Shown one piece after another: positions 55,105 through 64,000 of a stretch of 64,000 bases of DNA. The notes beneath the pieces were generated by a model that was not told the DNA's origin, did no database searches, and saw only the letters and a list, made by a program, of their open reading frames with translations. This DNA is from an uncultured bacterium (GTDB lineage: Bacteria > Patescibacteriota > Saccharimonadia > Saccharimonadales > 2-12-FULL-41-12). A program made the translations under genes and the position numbers. The stretch spans positions 263,572 through 327,571 of the forward strand of contig CAWIAU010000001.1 of the NCBI GenBank assembly GCA_963834265.1. The letters run 5' to 3'. Positions within the stretch are counted from its first letter, which is position 1. Each line of letters opens with the position of its first letter.

Positions 55105-55389
55105 ATGTTAGACGTATTTATAACCTCCCGTGTCCGGCGTAAAATCATTGTGGTGTATGCCAAGTACCCTGATTTTAAGACTCATGTCAGAGGCCTTGCG
55201 AAGCTTATCAAAGAAGATGCGGGTAATATTCAGCGTGAGTTGAAGCGCCTGGAAAAAGTAGGCTTCCTGTTGTCAGAAAAGCAGGCGAACACCAAAATTT
55301 ATTATACGAACAAGTATTTCCCTATATTTAAAGAACTTCAAAGTATCGTTTTGAAATCTCAGCGTGCTTCTCAGAAAAAACAACAGTAG
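55105..55389 (+). CDS. winged-helix transcriptional regulator (ArsR/MarR-like, 94 aa)
   Basis: ATG at 55105 (MLDVFITSRVRRKIIVVY..HVRGLAKLIKEDAGNIQRELKRLEKVGFLLSEKQANTKIYY). The longer TTG ORF would read through the hairpin. Confidence 0.7.
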   Translation: MLDVFITSRVRRKIIVVYAKYPDFKTHVRGLAKLIKEDAGNIQRELKRLEKVGFLLSEKQANTKIYYTNKYFPIFKELQSIVLKSQRASQKKQQ

Positions 55390-55500
55390 GATAGTGTTCT
55401 TTGATAAGAACCAAACTAAATGTTCCTGGTCTAAAGAAGTTGGACTTTATAAAAATAAAACAGCGCAGTGCTCAGTACCAAAAACAGGAACGCGCATCTC

Positions 55501-55529
55501 TTGTAATCAGATGTAAACTGGTGTAGAAT
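55501..55529 (+). promoter_or_regulatory. candidate promoter of rpsU (leaderless arrangement)
   Basis: TTGTAA (55501-55506), a 17-nt spacer, then TGTAGAAT (-10 at 55524-55529). The ATG lies 8 nt downstream. Confidence 0.5.
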
Positions 55530-55536
55530 TAACGCA

Positions 55537-55746
55537 ATGATACAGGTTACACGTAAGGATTCCCGCGAATCCACAGAAAATATGCTGCGGCGCTTCACCC
55601 GCAAAGTGCAGCAGTCAGGCGCTATCGCGATTGCCAAGCAAAACCAGCGCTTCGAGAAGCCGATGAGCAAGCGCGACCGTCGTTTGAAGGCTATCGTCCG
55701 GCGCGAGCGCAAGGCCATTAAGGTCAAGAAACTTAAACTCTCCTAG
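55537..55746 (+). CDS. rpsU: 30S ribosomal protein S21
   Basis: MIQVTRKDSRESTENMLRRFTRKVQQSG..KRDRRLKAIVRRERKA. Basic and 69 aa long. Confidence 0.9.
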   Translation: MIQVTRKDSRESTENMLRRFTRKVQQSGAIAIAKQNQRFEKPMSKRDRRLKAIVRRERKAIKVKKLKLS

Positions 55747-55759
55747 AATTTTTATACCT

Positions 55760-56215
55760 ATGATCAAGCAGACGATTGATCAGGATCTCAAGACCGCTAT
55801 GCTGGCCGGAGACAAACAACTGGTATCTGTTCTGCGGGGACTTAAAAGTGTGATTTTGTACAGTGAAGTAGCCGAATCCATGCGTGATAAGGGGCTGGGT
55901 GATCCGCAGATTGTCGCTCTGCTTCAAAAAGAGTCCAAAAAACGTCAGGAAGCTGCTGATCTATATGAAAAAGCCAGTAGTGCGGATCGTGCGCAGGCGG
56001 AACTATATGAAAAGCAAATCATCGACGGATATTTGCCGGCAGCGCCGGATGCTGAAGAATTAGGTAAAATTGTAGACAGTGTTATAGCAGACAGCGGAGA
56101 GCCGCTAACTACTCAGACAATGGGCAAAGTTATTTCCAAAGTAAAAGAAGAAACCGGCGGATCTGCAGATGGAGCAACAATCGCGAAATTAGTGAGAGAA
56201 AGACTTTCTCAATGA
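55760..56215 (+). CDS. GatB/YqeY domain protein
   Basis: MIKQTIDQDLKTAMLAGDKQLVSVLRGLKSVI..ELYEKQIIDGYLP. Confidence 0.85.
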   Translation: MIKQTIDQDLKTAMLAGDKQLVSVLRGLKSVILYSEVAESMRDKGLGDPQIVALLQKESKKRQEAADLYEKASSADRAQAELYEKQIIDGYLPAAPDAEELGKIVDSVIADSGEPLTTQTMGKVISKVKEETGGSADGATIAKLVRERLSQ

Positions 56216-56745
56216 TCTTACTGATGGGCATAGCGGGTTCCGGAAAAGGCACACAGGGCAAATTGCTGGCAGAGAAAGCCGGATACCATGTCATCTCAAC
56301 AGGAGATCTGTTAAGGAATTACGGGTCAGAGAAGCAGCATGCCCGTATGCAGAGGGGCGAAATTCTGGATGACGCCGAGGTAACGGCACTACTCGATCAG
56401 GCTCTGCAGGAGCTACCCGATGCGGACAAAGTTATTCTGGACGGTTACCCCAGGCGAATATCGCAGGCTGACTGGTTACTTGACCAGCAGGCGAAAGGCA
56501 AGCTGAATGTCAGTCAGGTAATGCACCTGGTAGCCTCCCCTAAAGCTGTCAAAGAGCGCCTGCATGCCCGTGGACGAATAGATGATTACGATGAGGCTAT
56601 AGATGAGCGATTCAGGGAATATGAGCGGGCTACCCTGCCTATTCTGACACATCTGGCTGAGGCAAATTTACCCGTAGTTCAAATAGATGCCGAGCGGTCA
56701 GTTGAAGTGGTACATAACGATATTATGAGTCAGTTAAAGGTATAA
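56212..56745 (+). CDS. adk: adenylate kinase (short, no zinc lid)
   Basis: P-loop GIAGSGKGTQ. Also ISTGDLLR and LDGYPR. ATGA start/stop overlap with the upstream gene. Confidence 0.9.
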   Translation: MILLMGIAGSGKGTQGKLLAEKAGYHVISTGDLLRNYGSEKQHARMQRGEILDDAEVTALLDQALQELPDADKVILDGYPRRISQADWLLDQQAKGKLNVSQVMHLVASPKAVKERLHARGRIDDYDEAIDERFREYERATLPILTHLAEANLPVVQIDAERSVEVVHNDIMSQLKV

Positions 56746-56754
56746 GGACGAAAG

Positions 56755-57510
56755 ATGTTAACCCGTATCAAAAATGATGCTGAAATTGTGGCAATGCGCG
56801 AAGGCGGCAAGATGCTGGCCGGCGTATTGGAGCTGCTCAGAGAATCAGCTGTAGTCGGTATTACAACCAAGGAATTGTCCGATATAGCTGCCAGGGAAAT
56901 AGCAGCAGCGGGCGGCAAACCGGCTTTTCTGGGCTATCAGGGCTTTCCGGAAGTACTTTGTATATCCCTGAATGATGAGGTTGTGCACGGTATTCCAAAA
57001 ACGAACAGGACCCTGCAGGCCGGCGATATCGTCAGTCTGGATCTGGGCATAACCCACAAAGGTATGATCGTCGATGCTGCTATATCTATGTTGCTGGACA
57101 GCGCTGATTCTAAAAAGACAGACTTAATTCAGACTACCGGGCGGTCATTGATGGCGGGGATCGCTGTAGTCCACGGGGGCTGTGCAACCGGTGATATTGC
57201 TGCCGCTGTTCAGAAAGTACTGGACAAGGGCCGTTATGGCATTGTGCGGGATCTGGTAGGTCACGGAGTCGGACATGCGGTACACGAAGATCCGAATATT
57301 CCGAACTATGGCAAGGCGGGCACAGGCTTCCGTTTGGAAGCAGGCATGACTGTGGCGATTGAACCGATGGCTACATTGGGCGGACATGAAGTGTTTATTG
57401 ATAGTGATCACTGGACCGTCAAAACAGCTGATCAATCACTAGCGGCTCATTTTGAACATACAGTATTGGTCACCGAAACCGGTTACGAAATTTTGACTAT
57501 TGTCGAATAG
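56755..57510 (+). CDS. map: type I methionine aminopeptidase
   Basis: Metal-ligand context is present: VVHGIP, DIVSLDLG..DAA, GHGVGHAVHE, TVAIEPM and HFEHTVLVT. Confidence 0.93.
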   Translation: MLTRIKNDAEIVAMREGGKMLAGVLELLRESAVVGITTKELSDIAAREIAAAGGKPAFLGYQGFPEVLCISLNDEVVHGIPKTNRTLQAGDIVSLDLGITHKGMIVDAAISMLLDSADSKKTDLIQTTGRSLMAGIAVVHGGCATGDIAAAVQKVLDKGRYGIVRDLVGHGVGHAVHEDPNIPNYGKAGTGFRLEAGMTVAIEPMATLGGHEVFIDSDHWTVKTADQSLAAHFEHTVLVTETGYEILTIVE

Positions 57511-57548
57511 TCTGTTCAACTCTGAAGATAAGCGGTATACTTTCACGT

Positions 57549-58778
57549 ATGCGTGAACAATCGTCCCCTTATTTTGTGGGACTTGATATCGGTACCAGCT
57601 CCGTGCGCTGCATTGTTGGCAGCGTCGATATGAACAGTGAAGATCCTCTGATATCGATCATTGGCTATGGCGCGGCTGTTAATACCGGTATGCGAAAAGG
57701 CCTGGTGGTGCATCTGGAAGAAGTAGCCGGTGCCATTAATCAGGCAATAGTTGAAGCAGAACGGATATCAGGAGTGCGTATCGAGGATGTGACCGTTAAT
57801 ATAAACGGCACCCATGTGAGTGGTCTTGATTCCAAAGGCGTCATAGCCATAAGCGCTGCGAACCGTGAAATAACACTGAATGATAAAAATCGCGTGGAAG
57901 AAGCAGCAACCATAGTTCAGATTCCTGCCAACAGGGAAATTATCCAGGTATTTCCTAAGAATTATCATGTGGACGGTCATGATACGATCAAAGATCCGGT
58001 CGGTATGCGTGGCGTCCGGCTGGAAGTAGATACTCATATTGTCACAGCAGCTACGCCAAATCTTCGTAATCTGGATGCCGCACTGGATAAAGCACGTATT
58101 CGGCCGCTGCATCGTACCGTATCAGGACTCGCTGCCGCCGAAGCGGTGTTGGAGCGCAAACAAAAAGAAGCCGGAACAGTCGTAGTTGATATAGGTGCCA
58201 GCACTATCAATGTTGCGGTTATAGAGGATGGTGAGGTTCAGCATGTGGCCATCATACCTATGGGTGGCATCAACATTACCAATGATCTGGCAATCGGGCT
58301 TAAGACAGATCTGGACATAGCGGAACAGGTAAAACTTCTCCGGGGTGGTGTAGCTGATAGTGTGAAAAAGGAGAGAGTAAGCGTGCAGCATAATAAAATC
58401 AATCATGTTTTCGACGGAGAAGAAGTATGCATGATAATTGAAGCGCGCATCGAAGAAATGTTCGAATATGTAGACAAAGAGCTGAAGAGAATCCATAAAT
58501 CCAGGAAATTACCGGGAGGAGTTGTTATTGTCGGCGGGACTGCTAATATACCTGGTATCGCATCACTTGCCAAAGAGAAGCTGGGGCTGGCAGCGCGCGT
58601 AGGCAAAGCCGGCAGACTCAGCGGTATTATAGAGGACATACAGGATCCGTCATTCATCACTGCCATAGGTCTGATGCAGCTGGATATGTTACTTGCGAAT
58701 CAGATGTTTTCTGCTCACGGATCTGCCGGTGATTCAAAAGGAATGCTAAGTGATTTCTGGCAAAAACTAAGGAACTAG
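57549..58778 (+). CDS. ftsA: cell division protein FtsA
   Basis: Actin-fold motifs GLDIGTSSVRCIVG, VVVDIGASTINVAV and VIVGGTANIPGI. TATACT -10 lies 7 nt upstream of the ATG. Confidence 0.93.
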   Translation: MREQSSPYFVGLDIGTSSVRCIVGSVDMNSEDPLISIIGYGAAVNTGMRKGLVVHLEEVAGAINQAIVEAERISGVRIEDVTVNINGTHVSGLDSKGVIAISAANREITLNDKNRVEEAATIVQIPANREIIQVFPKNYHVDGHDTIKDPVGMRGVRLEVDTHIVTAATPNLRNLDAALDKARIRPLHRTVSGLAAAEAVLERKQKEAGTVVVDIGASTINVAVIEDGEVQHVAIIPMGGINITNDLAIGLKTDLDIAEQVKLLRGGVADSVKKERVSVQHNKINHVFDGEEVCMIIEARIEEMFEYVDKELKRIHKSRKLPGGVVIVGGTANIPGIASLAKEKLGLAARVGKAGRLSGIIEDIQDPSFITAIGLMQLDMLLANQMFSAHGSAGDSKGMLSDFWQKLRN

Positions 58779-58890
58779 AGGCGACTGTATCTCATCTGAG
58801 GTTTAGTATATAATTGATCAACTATTCGTCCTGCTGTATACTCTCCTAGAGTACAGCAGGCGGCTTAGCGATAAAGGGAGAATAATTACA

Positions 58891-60204
58891 ATGCCTCAGG
58901 TTTCACCGGTTATAGAAACATTTGCCCGGATTAAAGTTATTGGCGTAGGCGGCGCAGGCGGCGCAGCGATAAATCGCATGGTAGAAGCGGGCGTAGGCGG
59001 GGTTGAGTTCATTGTTATCAATACCGATGCTCAGGCTCTTCATCATTCCAAAGCTCAGACAAAGATTCACATCGGACACGAAACAACCCGGGGACTGGGA
59101 GCCGGAGCTAATCCGACAGTAGGACAAAAGGCTGCTGAAGAATCCAAAGAAGAAATCAGCAAAGCAATTGAAGGCGCTGATATGATATTCATTACTATTG
59201 GTGCGGGTGGTGGTACCGGAAGCGGAGCTGGTCACATTGTCGCCAAAATAGCCAAGGAGATGGATATTCTTGTTGTAGGTTTTGCTACAAAGCCTTTTGC
59301 TTTCGAAGGTGAAAGACGCCGGATTAATGCCGATTCAGCCATTGCGAACCTGCGGGCATCTGTTGATACGCTTATTATCATCCCGAATGATCGGCTGTTG
59401 CAGACTATAGACCGTGCTACGCCTATACTGCAGGCTTTCAAAGTAGCGGATGATGTACTGCGTCAGGGAGTACAGGGAATTTCTGATCTGATTACTGTAC
59501 ACGGGCTGATTAACCTCGACTTTGCTGATGTGCGGACAGTCATGAGCAGTGCCGGGTCAGCACTGATGGGAATCGGTCGGGCCAGCGGTGATAACAGAGC
59601 CGTTGAGGCAGCCGCTCAGGCAGTAGAGTCACCATTACTGGAAGTTTCTATAGATGGTGCGCGGGGAATTTTGTTCAATGTCATCGGTGGCCATGATATG
59701 TCGATGCACGAGATCAATGTTGTAGCCGAGACCATAACCGCCTCAGCAGACAAAGATGCTAATATTATCTTCGGAGCCACCATCAATCCCGAGCTGGAGG
59801 GAGAGATCATAGTTACAGTGGTAGCTACAGGCTTTGACGACTCTTACTTTGCTAAACAGACTCCTTATTCTGATCCGAACGCTGCTGTCACAGATGAGCC
59901 TGTTCATCACGATAAGCCATCTATAAAATCCAAAGATACTCATGATTCTGATGAAGTACCAAATGATATTAATCTTGATTTGGATCAGTCATCTGACGAT
60001 CATGAAGACTTCCATAATGATCACAGCGGTACAAATATCTGGAACGAAGATTCCAAAGGAATAGATTCTGATGCGGATAAGCAGAGCGGAGAAGGAACTA
60101 TTTTTGCTCAGACTTTCGAAGACTCAGAACTCGAAAAACCCACATTTCTACGTCGCCTCAGAGACCGCAAAAACAAAAAAGACGATAAAAACAGCGAAGA
60201 TTAG
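58891..60204 (+). CDS. ftsZ: cell division protein FtsZ
   Basis: [17 protein letters not shown], the tubulin signature [18 protein letters not shown], and a long acidic C-terminal linker ending in a basic tail. Confidence 0.96.
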   Translation: MPQVSPVIETFARIKVIGVGGAGGAAINRMVEAGVGGVEFIVINTDAQALHHSKAQTKIHIGHETTRGLGAGANPTVGQKAAEESKEEISKAIEGADMIFITIGAGGGTGSGAGHIVAKIAKEMDILVVGFATKPFAFEGERRRINADSAIANLRASVDTLIIIPNDRLLQTIDRATPILQAFKVADDVLRQGVQGISDLITVHGLINLDFADVRTVMSSAGSALMGIGRASGDNRAVEAAAQAVESPLLEVSIDGARGILFNVIGGHDMSMHEINVVAETITASADKDANIIFGATINPELEGEIIVTVVATGFDDSYFAKQTPYSDPNAAVTDEPVHHDKPSIKSKDTHDSDEVPNDINLDLDQSSDDHEDFHNDHSGTNIWNEDSKGIDSDADKQSGEGTIFAQTFEDSELEKPTFLRRLRDRKNKKDDKNSED

Positions 60205-60502
60205 AGGAGTGTAATTAATACACCGTATTCTGCTTGCAATGCACCATAAGTGGGGCTATTATGCTTAGTGTAAGCGCTATATGTAGGAAAAAGGTATAGC
60301 GTACGTACGTTGAAATTGAATAGATCTCTTATGCAGTCCTGTTTGTCAGCGTGAGCTATTTTCGGGAGTGAGCTGGTAATTTTTATTCAAATAAAAGTAG
60401 CTTGTCTTACTTTTTTGAGAAAAAACTGACAGATTATCTTGAAAATAGAATGAAGATCAGACGGGAGGGTATGAGAGGTCTAATAAGGAAGGTGTGCAGA
60501 TT

Positions 60503-60970
60503 ATGAATTGCAGTCGTTGTCACGCAGCCGATACAAAAGTCATAGAATCGCGTGATGTCGCCAGTGGCAAATCAATTCGCCGGCGCCGGGTGTGCTCATC
60601 TTGCGAACATAGATTTACTACTTATGAACGCATTGAGAGACCGCAGCTGATAGTGGTCAAAAATAACGATGTGCGTGAAATATTTAACAGAGATAAACTA
60701 TTGGCAGGCTTGTATCGTGCATGCGAAAAGACACCAGTTACCAGCATTCAGCTTGAGCAGCTTGTATCAGAAGTTGAACAACAGCTGTATGAATGTAGCG
60801 AGTCAGAAGTATCTACCGCCAAAATAGGTCAGTTTGTTATGCAGGAGCTTGCTCCTCTTAACGAAGTTGCCTATGTACGGTTCGCGAGTGTATACAGACG
60901 GTTCAAAGATATTGCGAGCTTTGAACAGGAGCTGTCTGACATTCGTAAGAAGAAGACAGAAGTGCGCTAA
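60503..60970 (+). CDS. nrdR: transcriptional repressor NrdR
   Basis: ATG 60503 follows AAGGAAGG. Zinc ribbon MNCSRCHAADTKVIESR..RRRRVCSSCEHRFTTYE, then an ATP-cone. Confidence 0.93.
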   Translation: MNCSRCHAADTKVIESRDVASGKSIRRRRVCSSCEHRFTTYERIERPQLIVVKNNDVREIFNRDKLLAGLYRACEKTPVTSIQLEQLVSEVEQQLYECSESEVSTAKIGQFVMQELAPLNEVAYVRFASVYRRFKDIASFEQELSDIRKKKTEVR

Positions 60971-61131
60971 GGCTCAGAAATTTACAGGCCTTGGCGGCTG
61001 TCCCCGGTTTTTATGGGTATGAAGCCCGGGGAGAGCGAGGTTTATCCGGAATCAGAGACCCGGATCAGAGACCATAACTCTAAACAAAAATCAGATAGTA
61101 TCCATTAACAATAAACGAGGTGAGAACACTC

Positions 61132-63921
61132 ATGAAAACAACCAACTTAGGGGTCGGTCGTCTCTTTACAGACCCCAAAACGAAAGCATATGACCAGCTA
61201 ACCTGGGTTAAGCGTGATTCGATTATTACCAATCCTATGACGGCCAAACCGGTGTTTGAGCAGCGCGGGGTAGAATTTCCTGATAACTGGTCGCTCAATT
61301 CGATTAATATCGTAGCTCAGAAGTATTTTACCGGTACTCCCGGCACAAAAGAACGCGAAAGCTCGCTTAAAGACCTGATTAATCGTGTAGCTGACACTAT
61401 TACGCGTCAGGGACTTGCCGAAAATTACTTTGTATCTGAAGCAGAGGCCGAGGATTTCAACGAAGAGCTCAAGTATGTTCTGGCTACTCAGCGAGCTGCC
61501 TTTAATTCGCCGGTCTGGTTCAATATTGGTGCTGCTGACCGCGCTCAGCAAGCCAGCGCCTGCTTCATACTGGGTGTAGAAGATACGATGCCTGCTATTC
61601 TGAACTGGTACAAAGAGGAGGGAATGATTTTTAAAGGCGGATCCGGATCCGGTATCAATCTGAGTGTTATCCGTTCATCTGTTGAGCCACTGGGTAAGAG
61701 TGCCGGTACTGCCTCTGGTCCTCTCAGTTTTATGCGTGGAGCTGATGCTTCGGCCGGTGCTATCAAGAGTGGCGGTAAGACCCGCCGGGCTGCCAAAATG
61801 GTTATTCTGAATGCTGATCACCCTGATATCGAAGAATTCATCTGGTGCAAAGCCGTAGAAGAACGGAAAGCCCGCGTCCTGAGCGAAGCAGGCTTCGAAA
61901 TGGGTGTAGACGGTAAAGATATTCACTCAGTTCAGTATCAGAATGCCAATAACTCTGTCAGAGTAACTGATGAGTTCATGGAAGCCGTATTGAGTGACGA
62001 TGACTGGGATCTCAAAGCTGTTGGTACCGGTAAAACAGTCAAAACTGTAAAGGCCCGCGAGCTTTTCCGCCAGATTAACGAAGCTACATGGGAATGTGCT
62101 GACCCCGGTATGCAATTCGACACGACTATAAACAACTGGCACACTACCCCCGTAGCTGGCCGCATCAACGGCTCCAACCCCTGCAGTGAATACATGCATC
62201 TCGATAATTCGGCCTGCAATCTGGCCTCTATAAACCTGCTCAAGTATCTGCGCGATGATCACACCTTTGATATTGAAGCTTTCAGGCACACGGTGGAGCT
62301 GATGTTTACAGCTCAGGAGATTCTGGTGGGCTACTCATCGTATCCAACAGAAAGCATCACCAAGAACGCCAGGGCTTACCGTGAACTCGGCTTGGGATAT
62401 GCCAACCTTGGTGCGCTACTGATGGCTCAGGGTTTGCCTTATGACTCTGACGAAGGACGTGCTCAAGCCGCGGCTATCACTGCTCTGTTAACCGGCCACG
62501 CCTATGTTACCAGTGCCAGAGTTGCCCGCAAGATTGGCCCGTTTGCCGGTTACCACAAAGACCAAGAGGGCATGATAAAGGTTCTGAAGCAGCATCGTAC
62601 GGCAGTCAATGACATTGATGCCGGTTTAGTATCCGAGGGCCTGCTAAGCGCTGCTACCACGTCGTGGGACGAAGCTGTTCAGCTGGCCGAACTATATGGC
62701 GTACGCAATTCCCAGGCAACAGTTCTGGCTCCTACCGGAACAATAGGGTTGATGATGGACTGCGACACTACAGGCATCGAGCCTGATCTGGGACTTGTTA
62801 AGGTCAAGAAGCTGGTTGGAGGCGGTACGATGAGCATTGTCAACCAGACCGTACCTCGGGCACTCGAGGCATTAGGCTATACAAATGCTCAGGTAAAAGC
62901 GATTGTTGACTACATTGATGTAGAAAAAACTATTATAGGTGCTCCTGAACTGAAATCTGAACACCTTGATGTATTCGCCTGTTCTATGGGAGATAACTCT
63001 ATACACTACTTAGGACATGTCAAAATGATGTCAGCTGTACAACCTTTTATTTCGGGTGCTATTAGCAAAACCGTCAATATGCCCGAGGAAGCTACGGTAG
63101 AAGATATTGAACAGCTGCACATCGATGCCTGGAAACTGGGGCTCAAAGCAGTTGCCGTATATCGTGATAATTGTAAGGTGGGACAACCCCTCGCTATGGC
63201 CAAAAAAGACGGTACCGAAGAAAAGATTCCGGTCTTTACTTCTCCTGTGGTCAATGATGATGCTTTCCGGATTAAGGGTGCATCACGTCGCAAGCTGCCA
63301 AAAACACGCTCTGCCAGAACATTCTCGTTCACTGTTGCGGACTGCCATGGTTACTTCACTGTTGGCGAGTTCGAAGACGGCACTCCCGGGGAGCTGTTCA
63401 TGAGCATAGCCAAGGTGGGATCGACACTTGCCGGGCTGATGGATTCATTCGCGCGATCTATCAGCTACGGATTACAGTACGGAGTACCCCTGAAAGTTTA
63501 TGTCAAAGGTATGACCAATATGAGCTTCGTACCGGCAGGTATAACTGATGACGCCGAAATCCGGACTGCTTCATCGCTTGTAGACTATATTTTCCGGCGC
63601 CTGGCTCTGACTTATCTGTCATTTGATGACCGCTTAGAGTTAGGACTGGCTTCTATGGATGATATGCCTGATGCTCAGACAAGCCTTCTGGCTGTCGAAG
63701 ATCAGACACAGACAGACTTTACAATCATGCCGGAACTGACACCGGGGAAGCAAAAAGAACCGGAAGTTACAGAACCTCTTATGTCAGGCAGCAGACCCGC
63801 ACCCGCTAAGCCGGTATCTGATAGCACGGCACCGCTTTGCTATAACTGTGGCAACCAGACACAAAGAGCCGGCTCATGCTATGTATGCACAGCCTGCGGC
63901 TCCACAACCGGCTGCTCATAA
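61132..63921 (+). CDS. nrdJ: class II (adenosylcobalamin-dependent) ribonucleotide reductase
   Basis: The N-terminus ..YDQLTWVKRDSIITN..FEQRGVEFPDNWSLNSINIVAQKYF is typical of NrdJ. Active-site SNPCSEY and the C-terminal Cys cluster CYNCG..CYVCTACG are present. ATG 61132 follows GAGGTGA; GTG 61120 is an alternative start. Confidence 0.9.
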   Translation: MKTTNLGVGRLFTDPKTKAYDQLTWVKRDSIITNPMTAKPVFEQRGVEFPDNWSLNSINIVAQKYFTGTPGTKERESSLKDLINRVADTITRQGLAENYFVSEAEAEDFNEELKYVLATQRAAFNSPVWFNIGAADRAQQASACFILGVEDTMPAILNWYKEEGMIFKGGSGSGINLSVIRSSVEPLGKSAGTASGPLSFMRGADASAGAIKSGGKTRRAAKMVILNADHPDIEEFIWCKAVEERKARVLSEAGFEMGVDGKDIHSVQYQNANNSVRVTDEFMEAVLSDDDWDLKAVGTGKTVKTVKARELFRQINEATWECADPGMQFDTTINNWHTTPVAGRINGSNPCSEYMHLDNSACNLASINLLKYLRDDHTFDIEAFRHTVELMFTAQEILVGYSSYPTESITKNARAYRELGLGYANLGALLMAQGLPYDSDEGRAQAAAITALLTGHAYVTSARVARKIGPFAGYHKDQEGMIKVLKQHRTAVNDIDAGLVSEGLLSAATTSWDEAVQLAELYGVRNSQATVLAPTGTIGLMMDCDTTGIEPDLGLVKVKKLVGGGTMSIVNQTVPRALEALGYTNAQVKAIVDYIDVEKTIIGAPELKSEHLDVFACSMGDNSIHYLGHVKMMSAVQPFISGAISKTVNMPEEATVEDIEQLHIDAWKLGLKAVAVYRDNCKVGQPLAMAKKDGTEEKIPVFTSPVVNDDAFRIKGASRRKLPKTRSARTFSFTVADCHGYFTVGEFEDGTPGELFMSIAKVGSTLAGLMDSFARSISYGLQYGVPLKVYVKGMTNMSFVPAGITDDAEIRTASSLVDYIFRRLALTYLSFDDRLELGLASMDDMPDAQTSLLAVEDQTQTDFTIMPELTPGKQKEPEVTEPLMSGSRPAPAKPVSDSTAPLCYNCGNQTQRAGSCYVCTACGSTTGCS

Positions 63922-64000
63922 TCCATTCGTCATATCCATACACCCGGAACATTTCGGGCGAAAATCTCCGGCCCGTATTCACTGTATGTAAAATACGGCT

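Noticed and set aside
60205-61131. A search for NrdR boxes or a cobalamin riboswitch upstream of nrdR and nrdJ
   Set aside because: I found only an imperfect inverted repeat (AGCGCTATA..TATAGCGT, ~60283-60315) and a direct repeat ATCAGAGACC x2 (~61050-61075). Neither matches my recollection of the 16-bp NrdR-box palindrome pair or the B12-box. A motif scan is needed before making any claim.

Overview
This 64-kb window comes from a compact bacterial genome using the standard code. It looks like Patescibacteria/CPR, an inference from unlinked 16S and 23S-5S genes, an intron- and expansion-bearing 23S, a variant 16S 515F site and short housekeeping genes. LEFT (1-18.5 kb): the gyrA 3' end and a GDPD esterase are followed by an rRNA locus. 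There 16S (2286-3754) and 23S-5S (9167-13162) appear to be separate transcription units split by 5.4 kb of accessory DNA. That spacer holds an HNH nuclease with a duplicated 3' module, several decayed pseudogenes, antisense tRNA-Ile/tRNA-Ala, and an intact tRNA-Ile nested inside a disrupted paralog. The 23S carries an ORF-less group I intron at the U2593 (I-CreI-type) site plus large expansion segments. A covarying 60-85 nt hairpin motif occurs three times around it. A small accessory islet follows (class II Fic, P-loop kinase, VOC, SemiSWEET-like, DUF4287/DUF1801, gpsA). CENTRE (18.8-42 kb) is the main point of interest: two paralogous two-gene cassettes. Each encodes a giant fibre-like protein (2,853 and 3,863 aa) followed by a small single-pass membrane protein with a conserved C-terminal domain. 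The giants have apparently nucleotide-perfect in-frame tandem repeats (8.76 x 627 bp; 5.17 x 993 bp), Cys-bracketed LKW motifs, a G/T/N-rich beta-helix-like region, and an internal phage-tail-fibre-type S74 autoprocessing domain with a long C-terminal extension. The larger giant also begins with two cytoplasmic HTH domains, a TM helix and about 22 uninterrupted collagen Gly-X-Y triplets. RIGHT (42-64 kb): housekeeping genes (ROK kinase, rpsA, infB, fmt-def, priA, rpsU, adk, map, ftsA, ftsZ, nrdR, class II RNR nrdJ). It also holds a 969-aa proline-rich membrane protein, a probable homopolymer frameshift at the fmt 3' end, and a promoter-driven ~180-nt hairpin with a 20-bp perfect stem.
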